DNA of 57,807 nucleotides, filler included, from Trypethelium eluteriae (lineage: Eukaryota): assembly GCA_051942245.1 (NCBI GenBank). It is 4 parts of 4 records of this genome, joined end to end, with 100 filler letters (N's around TTAATTAATTAA, not from the genome) between each part and the next. Parts side by side here need not be neighbours in the genome. Positions count along the whole stretch, not along the records: positions 29,005 to 43,367 come from JAVECL010000692.1; positions 43,468 to 57,807 come from JAVECL010000693.1; 2 more parts are not named here. One strand, given 5' to 3'. This document shows, one piece after another, positions 34,744-47,728 of this stretch. A program made the position numbers and the translations under genes. Numbering within the stretch: the first letter of the stretch is position 1; each line of letters opens with the position of its first letter. The notes under the pieces were generated by a model, which was not told where the DNA came from, made no database searches, and saw only the letters and a list, made by a program, of their open reading frames with translations.

Positions 34744-36489
34744 ATGGTATCCTCAACAGAACTGGGCGTACTCGAAAATCTACCTCACAATTGGATTCTC
34801 TTTGCAACTGGTGGTCTTCTCTTGCTAATACTATCCTATAGAGTACGATGCAATGACAAGGAGTTGTAGATTTCCTTCTAATACGGAGCCTTTATAGCAT
34901 TTCGTATCGACCGACGTACCGAAGATTCGAAACCTGCCAGAGATACCGGGTGCTCTCCCCATTGTAGGCCACTTGCTCAGTCTGGGACCGGATCATGCGA
35001 CTACCTGTGAACGATGGTGGCGAAAGTACAATTTTGCTACATTCCAGGTCCGTCTGGGAAATACAAGGGCGGTCATCATAAACTCGTTCGACGATGCCTA
35101 TCGTATGTTGGTTAAGCATCAATCCGCCACAATCGATCGTCCGATGCTTTATACGTTCCATCATTTAATCTCCTCAACCCAAGGCTTCACCATTGGTACA
35201 AGCCCCTGGTCCGATTCGTGTAAGAAGAGACGCACGACGATCGGAAAGCTTCTAAGCCGCCCTTCCATGAAAGCTTATAACCCCATGTTCGACCTTGAAT
35301 CTTACTGTATTGTTCGAGATCTTGCGCAGAATAGCAAAGAAACCACCACAGTACTCTATCCCCGTCCATATTTCCAACGATATGCTCTCAATACTAGCCT
35401 CACCTTATGTTACGGTGTCCGCATGGATACGATGGCCGATGCGCTTCTGAATGAGATACAAGATGTAGGTACTGAGATAGAGCTTCTACGAAGCGCCTCC
35501 GAAAATCTACAGGACTACATCCCCTTGCTACGATGGTTCCCAAGCAGCGCAAAGAAGGAACGAGCAAAGGAGCTTCGCACCCGGCGTGACGGATATCTTG
35601 ACCAGCTAATAAACCGGACGCGAGACATGGTTGAGAAAGGCATTGACAACTCCTGTGTCGCCGCAGCCACATACAAGGATGAGGAGGCGACATTATCCGA
35701 CATTGAGTTGAAAAGCATGTGCCTGAGTCTCGTATCAGGCGGCTTCTCTACTCTGGCCGGCACTCTCACAAGCTGTATAGGCTCTTTGAGCACGTCAGAG
35801 GGCCAAGTGTGGCAAGATCGAGCCTACGAGGACATTATGAGACATTATAGCTCTATGGAGGATGCGTGGAAAGGAGGTTCTCAGGATGACCGAGTTCCTT
35901 GTGTCAATGCCATCATCCACGAAGCGACGAGATATTATACAATTAGCGCAATGAACTTGCCTCGAAAGACCGTCACAGATATCGATTGGAACGGAGCTAT
36001 CATACCAGCGGGAACTATGATCCTGGCCAATCTGCAAGCTGCCAATCATGGTGAGTCGCGACATCGATCTCTCCAGTATTCATCACTAATGCCCAATCCT
36101 TCTTTTAAGACGTCGACCATTTCGGCCCTACAGCCGCACAGTTCGACCCATCGCGCTACCTCGCCTCCCTCTCGCCCCCAATTGAGCTCCCACGCACCTC
36201 AGGAGGTCCCCTTCACTTCTCCTTCGGTGCCGGGTCACGTGCCTGCTCTGGCCAGATCATTGCGCACCGAATGATGTACGCAGCTCTTGTCCGCCTGATT
36301 ACCTCGTTCAAGATAGTAGCGAGTAAGGAAGCGCCGCCAAATACGGATTACATTGAGTACAACTCCTCGAAGAGCTCTCTGGTTGCAATTCCGCATCCAT
36401 TTCAGGTAAAGTTAGTTCGGAGGGATGAGGCCGGGCTGGAGAGGTGTTTGAAGGAAGCAATGGAGAGGACGAGGGATGTCTACACGTAA
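34744..36489 (+). CDS. Cytochrome P450, CYP504-like (phenylacetate/hydroxyphenylacetate hydroxylase type)
   Basis: N-terminal membrane anchor, PGALPIVGHL, SSTQGFTIGTSPW, YALNTSLTLCYG, NLQDYIPLLR, ExxR (EATR) and heme motif FSFGAGSRACSG after an intron at about 36051-36109. Confidence 0.88.
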
Positions 36490-37075
36490 GTTTGATATGA
36501 AGAGTGATATGAGTAAATTGAAGCCTTGACATGAGCCCGGACAGTATTTCTGGGGTGGGTGTTCTTTGATAGCACATTTATGAGAAGATATAAATTGTCT
36601 TACGATGAATTATTCCCCATGACTTTCTCTGAGAATGGCCAGCTCGACACAGACCTGGAGCTTATAGTGCTATGGGAAGAACTCGCCTTAGTCTGACATA
36701 AGCTCGAAAAGACTCCCAATGATGGCACCAGGATGACCACAACTGTAGTAAAGACTCGGCCAAACTCTGATTGACAGTAGCGGGTAATCATAGACAAGAG
36801 GACTTTAGTCTTCTCTGAGCCCTTGCTTCATTCTTGCCTGTTTGTCCGTCTTTGGTGAATATTCGGGTTTGCCCCTGCCAATCGGAAGGCTAAAGCGGAA
36901 CTCTTAACAAAGCAGCTGGCGCACCCTTTGGTGTAAACAGTGGTTCTCACCTTGAGGTGGCGTTCCCCGTAATTTTCTAGCCAGTCATCTGTAATTGTAA
37001 GGCTTTGTCCGCCAACTAAGACCCTTTCACAATTTCCGAATCTCCATTGCTATCCCAAACGACATCGATCTGACC

Positions 37076-38614
37076 TTGCAACGAATATCTCATACATCGA
37101 GTCCGCCAGGAATATTCGACATCAAACCCATTCAAACGGAAATCCCAAGCAAGATACTCCTCATTTTTCCCAGACAGCAGTGTGCTGGTGGAAAGGATTA
37201 TTACTATTGCACTTCTGGATCCAAATTCGAAGGCTGCTGTTCCAGTGACCCATGCAGTTCATCGGGATGTCCAGATACACAGAAGTCGTCCCAGGTCTCA
37301 GTAGCAACGAATGGTGCCGGACACCATACATCGACCGTCTCCAAGCCGTCAACCACTGGCCCTCGATCCACGACTCAAAATGGTGTATCCCCAGTTCACA
37401 CAACTTCGCCTAAACCCTCGGTAACTGCGAGTCCAGCGAATACTCTGTCGAAGGTGTCGTCTAGTTCTTCCGTACCTCCGCCATCGTCTTCCCATTTGAC
37501 CACGACTTCAATACAGCCCACTACGACACTTCCCTCAATGACTCCTACAGCATCTGCTTTAGCGCCCCTCACTCCTTCTTCGTCACTCAGTACAAGTCGT
37601 TTACCTACCCCTACACCAGCAACTGTACCGGCCACAAAATCTTCGTCCGGCGAGATTGCTGGAGGAGTCCTCGGCGGAATATCAACATTGGCAGTCGTAG
37701 GTATTCTGCTCTTCTTTCTGAACAGAAGGAAAGGTAAGAAAGGCATTCGAAGAACCTTACACCCATTAAGAATATCATCCCCAAGACCACACCAGCAAGG
37801 AAGTGAATCAGCAGACTCTTACACTGGCTATGAAAGTGAATACTGATCCCCTTTCCCCCCGATCTCCTATGCTGACTTTTCGCCAGTGCAACGTCAAGAT
37901 AGTAAAGGACGAACAAGCCTGATCAATGCAAATCCTGTAAGTGAACTTTCGTTCGGAGGTACCCCTCCCTCCGTAACACATACCGGCGAAGGTGTGGGTA
38001 GAACCTCTGTTCAAAGGTTCTCTGAAATGGAAGTTGTTGGATCCCGACAGCTGCTAGGAGATAGGTCTCGGTCGCCATCGTGGACGAGGAGTCATTCTCC
38101 AATATTTGGCCGGTCAGAGCAGGTACAGGGTGCGTCTCGGGCCTACTCAATGGCCTCGGGACTTATTCCCATTGCTATGGGCGATCAAGACGAACCGTCT
38201 CCCCTTCCACCTATGCAAAATTCTCCGCGAGCTCCTATGAAGTGGTTGGACGAGGTAATTGATCAGAGGCAGTCCTTGCAATCGTTTGAGGTTACTTCCA
38301 GTCAACCTAGCCTACGTCCGCCCTTACAAATCCTTCCGGATCCATCAAAGAGCACACTTAGGATGCCAAGACAGGCCTCCGGTTCGTCTCGGAGCAGCGC
38401 TTCTTCCAAGAGCAAACATGAGCCTGTACGTGGCACGTGGAGTACAGCGAGCAGTCCTACCTTAGGTAGGTTTCCTAGTCTTTTCCGTAATTTTAGACGA
38501 GCAGAACCCTCCGGAAGACAGAATCCGGCAAGCGAAGCAGCAGTGTCTTCTGGTGATGTTGTGGGTCCGAGCACAGGTGACACTGGGTGGTCTGCTGAGC
38601 ATATCACAAGCTAG
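37076..38614 (+). CDS. Single-pass receptor/sensor-like protein (Cys knot, S/T stalk, TM helix, cytoplasmic tail); start unresolved
   Basis: YYYCTSGSKFEGCCSSDPCSSSGCP, S/T/P-rich stalk, IAGGVLGGISTLAVVGILLFFL followed by RRKGKK. Intron at about 37834-37886. Confidence 0.65.
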
Positions 38615-39549
38615 GAGTGGCTCGCCAATAAGAGGTGAAGGATGACCTTTAAGCCCTAGGTAGGATGCCTTAGGCTAGGGAATTGGCTCTGCTGGTACCT
38701 ACAAGTTGCAGCGCATATGCCGACGAAAATGTTGTGTTTAAGCAAGCGCTGGAAGGAAATGAAGCTGTGGTTCGTAAGTGCTGGAGAGTTACTCGCCCCG
38801 CTTACAATACTGAAATAAAATCTACGGTGCTTAGTTTGCATTTGTCTTGGGCTCTGGGCCTATGAATCAATGAGCGGACATGGTTCCGAGCCCTGAGCGT
38901 CAGGCCTCTCCGCTGGGATGAGAGACCTGGTGGGTTAAAGATAAGAACTGAGCGAGGGTATGCATGCGATCACTTCCGATTAAAGCGGAGCTTTGCATTG
39001 TTGCCACCAGGACGGAGACGGAGTACGAGGCGCAGGCCGCTGGAGGTAATCTTAGCAATGGTACCTGACAATCTTCGCTACATCTGGGCAGCGAATGTAG
39101 ATGGCTTATCGAATCATCGCCATCGAGATGAGATGTAGTGAAAAGGGGCACGTTCTTGGCTGCTTTTGGTTGTGTGATAAGCAGGCATGTGACGTGACCG
39201 TCTCCGTCCGCGCTGTCGCCTGTCGCTTGTCGCCTGACGCGGATTGGCGGAAAGGCTCAACTTACTTTTCTCTGTTATCTCCTCATCACCATTCAATCGC
39301 CGTGACCACCGTGACCATTTCCACGTACCCGACCCTCAGCAGCCGCACCGCCGCATTCATGACGCACTTCTTCAGTACTTCTATCAGGCCTACAGCCTAT
39401 TTCCTGTCTTGACGCCATGAAGCATCTTTTTTGGCTTGGAACGGCGGCAGCGCCCGTGACTAGCTCTGCCACTTCCTTCGCCAGACTTAACTTTTGTACG
39501 GAGGTAGATCATGAGCCTAAACTATTTGGGAAGGACCCAAGACGACGGC

Positions 39550-39591
39550 AAGACCGTAAAGACCGTGGAGACCGTGAAGACCGCGAAGACC
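39550..39591. repeat. Imperfect 9-bp tandem repeat (AAGACCGTG-like, about 4.7 copies)
   Basis: aagaccgta aagaccgtg gagaccgtg aagaccgcg aagacc. Confidence 0.8.
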
Positions 39592-40205
39592 TCAGGCACT
39601 TCAGGCAAACCTACTCAACTCCGCACAGTCCGTACAAATAATACGGAGTGCCTTTCAACCATTCGGAGATTCGGATCATACCGTACTCTACCTTGCTCAG
39701 GAGCGCTCCCCTGACGTTTCGACTTCTTGCCACCCTTGGTACCGAAGTAGGAGAGCAAGCCATCACCAAAGTTTGTTCTGTAGATTTAGCGATCGCTAGT
39801 TTACGCGTCACTCGTCTTGTTTCTCGTCAAAAATGGTCGGGGTTGTCCCACTGACTCAAGAGCTTCCTACTGGGGATAGTGGGCAGCTATCTACACGTCG
39901 ACTAAGCCCTGTAGTGCCATGCGGGTACGAGCAGCTCGGACATGCTTCCCCACCATCTTTTGCGCCGCGTACCTGGCCATCGCTGTAAAGGGAGTGCATA
40001 CAGGCTTAGATTACTAGCTGCATGCGACAAGGCCTTGCATTGGCCTTGCAGCAGTACCCTAAACGGCCGATAAGCTACCATGCTCGAATTTCCCCGGCAC
40101 AGCTCTCGTAGAAGGCCAACGAAGTACAAAAGAATCCAAAGCCTACGGGCTAGGTGAGAACCCGTCCCTTTCTCGAGGATCTCTTAATTTCTTGTTTCCT
40201 CCAGT

Positions 40206-42316
40206 ATGTTTTATTCTGTTTTAGTCACAGCGGCGCTCGCAGTGAACGCTGCTGCCACTCCCTTTAATACTCATGTTGTACATGAGAGGCGTCATGGTCC
40301 CGCCCACGGATGGACAAAGCGGTCACGGCTTCAAGAGAACGCCATTCTACCCATGAGAGTTGGTTTGAAGCAGAGCAATCTTGATCGCGGGTATGAGTAT
40401 ATAAATGATGTATCCCACCCGACCTCTCCAAATTTCGGAAAGCATTGGAGTGCGAAGCAAATTGCTGAAGCTTTCGCTCCAAGGTAAGCAACTCCAGGAT
40501 AGTTTGCAATTATTTTGAAGGCTTGATGACTGATGACATCGTAGTGAGGAAACTGTGAAGGCTGTCAAGGCCTGGCTTGCAGAAGCTGGCTTCGATGACG
40601 CCCGCGTCAAACTCTCGCAGGGCCTCAACTGGCTGGAGTTCAATGCTACTGTTCCCCAGGCAGAAGACTTGTTGAAGACAAGGTACAATGTTTATGAGCA
40701 TAAATCCAACGGGCAGCCTCATGTTGCCTGCGAAAGTTATAGCTTGCCAGCCCACGTACAACCGCACGTTGACTTCATCACACCCACCGTCCACTTCGAC
40801 GCCAAGGTCGAGCCCGTCAAGAGCAAGAGGCAGCTCAGGAAACGTCAGAGCGCTCAAGCCAATAAACCCGCAAGGGTCGTTAAGCCTGGTTCTTGGACTG
40901 GATGGCTACCTAAGCTTGGCCGTATGCTTCCTAGCCGTAAAAGCATTATCAAAGAACTGGAGAACTGTGATGAACAGATCGTACCCGACTGCCTGCGAGC
41001 GCTCTACAGCTTTCCACAGAACACATCTGCCAATTCAGAAAATAGCTACGGGATCGTGGAATATACGCCGGAAGCCTATGTGCCTTCCGATCTCGACTTG
41101 TTCTTCGCAAACTTTTCACCAGCTCAAGTCGGAGACAGGCCGAATCCGACTGACTTGATCGACGGTGCCGTCAACCAACAGACAAATAAAAGTTTCGATT
41201 TCAACGGTGAATCAGACCTCGACTTGGAATACGCTTTGACCTTGGTCTACCCCCAACCTGTCACGTTGTACCAGGTCGGTGACCTTGTTGAAGGAGCTTC
41301 ATTCAACACTTTCCTAGATGCAATTGACGGATCTTACTGCACATTTGAGGGTGGCGATGACCCAACACAGGACCCTACCTATCCAGATACCCTCCCAGGC
41401 GGATACACAGGCCCAGAAAACTGTGGCGGCTTTGCTGCAACCAAAGTCATCTCAACTTCCTATGGCTACAATGAGGCTGATCTTACGCCCTTCTATGAAC
41501 AACGACAATGTGCTGAATACATGAAGCTTGGTCTTGCAGGAACTACCATCTTGTATTCGTCTGGCGACTATGGTACGTTATAACCTGCGGCTCCCCGCTC
41601 CGCCACTCTATGAAAATGCTCATCTGGGTACTAATCGGGTTTTGAATTTAGGTGTCGCTGGAAACGGAAATGAATGTATTGCCTCCAATGGTTCCTTCAT
41701 CAACGGTGACCTCGGCGGCACATTCAACCCATCTTTCCCCGGGACCTGTCCCTATGTGACCTCGGTCGGCGCAACACAAGTCAAGAACAACACCAATATC
41801 CTCACTGATCTTGCGAGTGGGACGGAGCCCGAGCAAGCTTGCGAGACGGTCATTTTCAGCGGAGGTGGATTCAGTAATGTCTTCCCACTCCCCGATTATC
41901 AAGCCGATGCCGTCAACTCGTATTTGACCAACTATCCACCACCGTACGGAGCAGACAAGTACAACAACTCGGGTACCGTTCGCGCCATTCCAGACGTCTC
42001 TGCCAACGGCGCGAACTATGTCATCGCCATCGATGGAGAATTCGGTCTCGTCTACGGGACTTCAGCCTCCTCGCCGACTTTCGGCTCCGTCATCACGCTT
42101 ATCAATGGGCAGCGTTTTGATGCTGGGAAGTCCTCCGTCGGATTCCTCAACCCGACACTCTATGCCAACTCGAGCGTGTTGAATGATATTACGGAGGGAG
42201 ACAATCCGGGGTGCGCGACGAGTGGATTCCAGGCTCAACCTGGTTGGGATCCGGTGACAGGACTGGGAACGCCAAATTATCCCAAGTTATTAGAGCTGTT
42301 TTTGTCTCTTCCTTGA
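40206..42316 (+). CDS. Secreted sedolisin-family S53 protease (aorsin/tripeptidyl peptidase-like); 3 exons
   Basis: Signal peptide, prodomain (LKQSNLD, SHPTSPNFGKHWS), GESDLDLE, SSGDYG, GTSASSP and GWDPVTGLGTP. Confidence 0.93.
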
Positions 42317-42818
42317 AGAGGAATGGTAAGATGATCTCTTAGTAATTTAGAGCAATATCTAGAAGCTATCTAGAAATGCGCCTATAATGTTTGGATCCTA
42401 GCTGTATAAATTTGTCGAATATACGGTCTTTTTTGATTACCCGCAGCTGTTGTGTCCTAGCATGTGTCATCATAGAAGACCTGACAGGTCAAACCTATTA
42501 GTGACATCTGGTATGGTGCACTCCACGCCTCTAATTGTACTGGACTAGGTATGTTCTCTTTCAGTTTGTGGAAGTGCTTGGAGCGGTTCAGGTTGGTTGA
42601 GGATTGCGTTTCCTATTACGAACGGCTCGTTCAGTTTTTCGTTCAGGCATTCCAAGGCCCTGCCACCGCTGCACGAATTGTTCGAAGTCCCGTCGCCGTG
42701 TATCACTAACACTATTAACTTCAGCAGTAGCTTTCACCCTTGGAACTTAACCATATTGAAGAGCGTCAAGACCGAATGCAGAGATGATATTTCGACAACG
42801 ACCATACTCCCAGGTTGC

Positions 42819-43367
42819 CTACGTCTTGCCCCCGCTCCTCAAAACCAGCATCATCCCCTTCCGCCCCTCCTCGATACGTGCCATCTCCCTCTCGTCCACC
42901 ACAAACCCCTCCGTTTCCCTCCTCACCACCACAAACCCCTCCTTCTCCTCCTTGCCCTTCCCCTCCCATCTCCTCAAAAGCTCCTCATTGTACGCCTTCA
43001 CCTCAGACCGCACCCTACCGATTCTCATCAATCCCTCCAACCCCTCGTCTCCCACCTCTGCCTCCCACTCCTCCACCTTTCGCCATCTCGGAACCCTCAG
43101 CATCCTCACCACATACAGCGCCTCCACATCCAACTTCCCCTCCTCGCGAAACACCGCCCACTGACCCGTACGCGAATTCCAATGCGTGCGGTACTTCAGC
43201 CGCAGCTCTCGCAACGGCGACGCGGGATCGCACAGCTGCGACACGAACACGCGCGCAGGATACCACCAGCACCTGCAAGTGTGGTCGTGGCGCGACAGAC
43301 TCGGAGACGCCGTGCCTGGGACGAAGAGGCCCGGCTCGGGTGGGGGTCGTATGGTGAGGGTGCGGAG
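42819..43367 (-). CDS. 3' part of a hypothetical protein cut by the gap
   Basis: Open frame from the gap (LRTLTIRPP...FVSQLCDPASPLRELRLKY...LRSGGKT*). Confidence 0.55.
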   Translation of the reverse strand, partial: LRTLTIRPPPEPGLFVPGTASPSLSRHDHTCRCWWYPARVFVSQLCDPASPLRELRLKYRTHWNSRTGQWAVFREEGKLDVEALYVVRMLRVPRWRKVEEWEAEVGDEGLEGLMRIGRVRSEVKAYNEELLRRWEGKGKEEKEGFVVVRRETEGFVVDEREMARIEEGRKGMMLVLRSGGKT

Positions 43368-43467
43368 NNNNNNNNNNNNNNNNNNNNNNNNNNNNNNNNN
43401 NNNNNNNNNNNTTAATTAATTAANNNNNNNNNNNNNNNNNNNNNNNNNNNNNNNNNNNNNNNNNNNN
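43368..43467. other. Artificial assembly spacer
   Basis: N44-TTAATTAATTAA-N44. Confidence 0.98.
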
Positions 43468-45532
43468 GTGTGTGGTGTTGAGGGAGGTCGGGGTGCTGCT
43501 GTGGTGGGGGGACGAGATGTCCTCTTGAGCCGCTGCGGGTGGGTACGAGGTGGGCTTTGGGGAGGGCGGTGATGCTGTCTTCGTTCTCTTTACGGAGTTC
43601 TTTCTCTCTTTCGGGATCTCCAGCTGCTTCGTCTCGGATGAGTGCAGAGTTGCGCTTGGCCGAAATGTTGCTGGTCCGCTTCTCCGCAATGTCTTGGAAG
43701 ACATCATTGACCTTGTCTTTGAAGAAGTGGCTAACAGGACGAGTAGGTGTTTGCGCAGATACGAGTTCCCCAGTCCGATGAAGACGTTTTGCGGCTGTAA
43801 TGTAGAACTGACACTGGACCGTATCTGGAGGTGCATATTCTCGACAAATTCGCAATTCTTCTTTGAACCATTCCATGGTCTCGGGACGTTTGATTGCCCA
43901 AATGACCTGGACATTCTTTGTGACAGCTTTTCCGTCCCGCATGCGCTTGATGAGGTCAAGAAGCTGACTTGCGATAGCTGTTATACCACTCCCTCCGGCA
44001 ATCAGTACGACGTGATCGAAAGCTTCCAGCCGTCTTCGCATGCCACCATATGGACCATCTATAAAAGCTCGATAAGTATGCCAAGGTCCATGTTCAAGCG
44101 CACTTTCTAGAACCTTTTTGGTGAACCCCTTGAAGGGCTTGAAGACTAGGACCATGTCTCTATAGCCTTCGCCATACTCGGAGGGAAAATCCTCGCTGCA
44201 CAATGATGCTATGGTAAATGGATGATTTTCGAAAACGGAAATACCTGGCATTCTGAGGTAGACATATTGCCCAGGCCTCCATCGCATTTGACTCGGGATT
44301 GTAACTTTGATCGCATTCTCGTCCATAAGTGTAACCGCGGATTCTTCTCCGATGAGCCAAGACAACCGCCACGGTACGGTCCAATTGAGATACAGGATTC
44401 GCATGGCATAAGAAATCACCCAGATTGCCAAAGTAGCAAAGAGATAATTCCAAGATGTCAAGTAATTCTTGCAATGCCAGAAGAGCATTCCGAGATAAAT
44501 GATTGCAACTGGTACGTGAGTGGTGACAAATAGCTCGTAGGCCCAGTGACGTAGTGCGGCCAAAGAATGTATGCAGAGAAAAATGAGGGGAGCAAGAGCC
44601 GCAAATCCCGTTCCAAAGATGTAGATGCCATTGGTATTGAAATAAGTCCTCCAAATGGCATAACCAGCTGGATCTTGAAGTTTCTGGATATAGAACGGGA
44701 TCGTGTGTATCAGACTGAGTATTAAGCATATATAGGCTCCCCATCGATGCAGTGTATTCAGCCTCTCGTGGCCGATTCCAGTCATGATACTAACAACGTT
44801 AGCTTTCATGCTCGTAGCGATTATCCAGGGCATCATAGCGACAGCCAACATTCCAGCTCGGATGGCCACCGGTGGAGAACCAAAAGCCATGCTTTGGAAA
44901 AACAAAGGCTGAGGGATGAAGGTGTACAGAACGCTAAAGACCAGTCCAGCAGTAGCGATGCAGATAACACTCAACGAAGGGAACACAATCGGTCTCCACC
45001 TTTTACGATAAACGATCACAGGCATAGGACGGTAAAAGACAAAGCGAAACATTGCAATGAGCATGTTCAGTGGTCGTACGGAAGAGATTGTTGCTTCAGA
45101 AGGTGGAGTTTCGGATACTTGCTCGGTACGAGGGAAGAATTTGGTGGTGGATCTTGCCGTGTAAATATCTGAGAGCTCATAGTCTGTGGCTGGTGACGAT
45201 GTTTTGGAACCTTTCTGTAAATGCTCCTGATGAAGCGCGGCCCGCACTCTGTCCGTGAAGAGATTGTATAACCGTATCAAGGTCGTCAGAACCAAGAGTA
45301 TTACTCCAAAATAGACCCACCCCAATCCATATTTGCCGGATGCTGCCCATGGGTCTTGGGCGTTCGCGGCGATAAGACCTGCTGGACTGCTGGTGTTGAC
45401 CGGTATGCTGACTCGAGGAACGAGCTCCGCGACTGTGACTGGCAGGTCCACCTTTGTTGGTATGAAGTCCGCATCTCTTTCCTCCAGTTCCACGCGTTCG
45501 CCTTCTACAAATATTTCATTTATAGCAGGCAT
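43468..45532 (-). CDS. Ferric reductase-like transmembrane metalloreductase, 3' end lost in the gap
   Basis: Heme histidines (LHRW..IH, TH..WH), FAD motif HPFTIAS, and NADPH motifs DGPYGG and IAGGSGIT. Confidence 0.92.
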
Positions 45533-47728
45533 TGTGTTTCTGTGTAACCCAACCCAAGACCAGCTCGAGGTTCTTTTCTAGAGTTGAATTTCGTCTGGAT
45601 CGAAGCGATGCGCAACTCGCCAAGTTAAACGTCGTGCCGCAATTCGCGCAATGCGACTACCGTAATATCCGATTCATAAGTCCGACAATGCCAGGGTTGA
45701 GAAGTTCGAAACGCACGCAAGGCTCATGGATACTGCAGCGGAGATAGAACAGGGAGATGGCGACAAATGCAGAAAACTTGCGAGAGGAATTCCAGACTCC
45801 CCAAGTATGAGTATAGGAAATGCGATGGAGGCAAAGGAGAAGAATGAGGAGAAGAATGGGGTCAATGCAGCCCAATTGAATGGAATAGGTCTTAGGCGAA
45901 GAAGAACCAGGATGTGCTACGATTCGATAAGTGGAGAGAGTGAGACACGGCGCGCAGTGATCCCCATGCACTGTGGAGATGGAGGGAATCTGCAAGATGC
46001 AAGGGTCCAAGGCACAGGCTTGCCCTATGAGCGGCGGCAGGACCATGCAGAGAACCGCCGGATATCCGGTCGTTTTGGGGGTTCGTCAGCTTCCGTCACC
46101 ATGGACAATGTGATGAAGTTGGTGTATTTCTCAATCGAGTCGACTCCTTTTCCAATTCCAACTGGAATTCTGCGCCGCTTCTAAGAAGACTGCGGCATGG
46201 CAAAGGCAGGCGGCAGCTTCGCGAGCAGTATTGGTCGAACTTGACAGCTCTAGATGTGCCGATCCTGGATAGGCTGGATAGCTTCGATAGGAGGGATAGG
46301 AGGTCTCCAACGCTAGCATAGGTCCGTCCCGGGAGCACTTGCATCAACACCAACATCGGCTCAAACTAGCCACTTTCCACTCTAGCCAGCAGCTCATTCT
46401 TGGTGTCGTTGAGGAAGCAATGAGCAACAAGTCCAACCCTCCAGATGCTCTAGCCATTAAATGCTTGCGCGATTGCGAAGATTCAGTACTCGCGACAGGC
46501 CAGGCCAGGCCAGACATTAGGTTACTCGGGACTTTGTTCAACGAAGGCCACGTTGAGCGGTGGAGTGAGCCGACGGCAGTGACAGTGACGAATGCAGCAT
46601 GATCATCGCTCGGATACCAACCTTGACCGAGGGATGCAGAACTCCAGCAACCCAGGACGAACCAAGCTGCGAGAAAGCGTCACCAAAAGTCGGGGAGCTG
46701 GTAGAAGCACTAGGAGGATCATGCAGGTGCTGTGAAGTGCTGATTTAGCCGTACCAGAGATGTCCAGTCAGAAGCCGGCATAGGCGCCGGCCGAGCCCGC
46801 GTAGCAATTTCTGGCTCCACTCCGTGCTGATGCATCCCAGTTCCTGCTTAGCGATTGGCGCAACGCCTTCAAAACGGTCGAAACTCGATCCAAGCCTTCT
46901 GAAGATGCCGTGCTGTGTTCCGCTGAAATGTCAGTGAATCGAAGATATGTGCCAGTGGCGATGAAATGCCGTCTGGATATGAGCCTCACCTGAGCAGCAG
47001 ACTGTCAGAGACAATGAGCTGATGACGTTTCAGACTCAAGAAAGGAACCTCGTGCTTGTCAGCTTGCTCTACGTGGTGGTACGTCAGGTTCCCCTTGCAT
47101 CCGACGTGGACCGACATTTCATGCAATGCGATGCTTTCTGTACGCGGGCAGCCCTCCCGTCAAAACCAATCTCGTTGCTAGACCCACACATGAGCGAGAG
47201 AATTTGCGATTGGCGACACGTTCTCCCTAGTTTGGAATTTGAGTGAATCCTTGTGTCAAGAAATTCTTCGCACTTAAGATTTCCTTGGGAAATATCGGGG
47301 CTTGCAAAATTACACCCCTCGATCTCCCACGTGCGTACCACATGCTGCGTTCCAGAGCAAAGGCGGCGCTAAGCAAAGAGTCTGCGAGTAATGGAGATTT
47401 TGGATACATTGTATGTGAATCTGGTGATCGGGGAATCTTTAGAAACCTATCTACCTATCCGCAATCCTGGTCTTCACATACTTGATGCTCCAACCATGCA
47501 AATGCAGGTTGCAGCAATCGGAATTAGAAACCGACCCTATGCGAGATGTAGATCTAAGCCCTATTGGTAGGCCTCCCAGCCATCGACGTTTGACCCATAT
47601 CGTTGACACAGTATGGCTCAGATCACAGCTAGGTCCAACTCTGTCAAGAGACTGCAACCTTGTTGCTTACCGTGTGCAACTTGGTATGCTTGGATGCTTG
47701 CTCCATGAGCGTCGACATTCTTCTGACG

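Noticed and set aside
21510..36489. ERG7 plus P450 as a triterpene biosynthetic cluster
   Set aside because: They are separated by a contig spacer and housekeeping genes, the cyclase looks like a standard lanosterol synthase, and the P450 is of a catabolic family.
39550..39591. 9-bp repeat as a CRISPR-like or functional array
   Set aside because: Simple minisatellite without spacers in eukaryotic intergenic DNA.
45600..47700. Short ORFs in the long region upstream of the ferric reductase
   Set aside because: No coherent gene model; more likely promoter or leader sequence.
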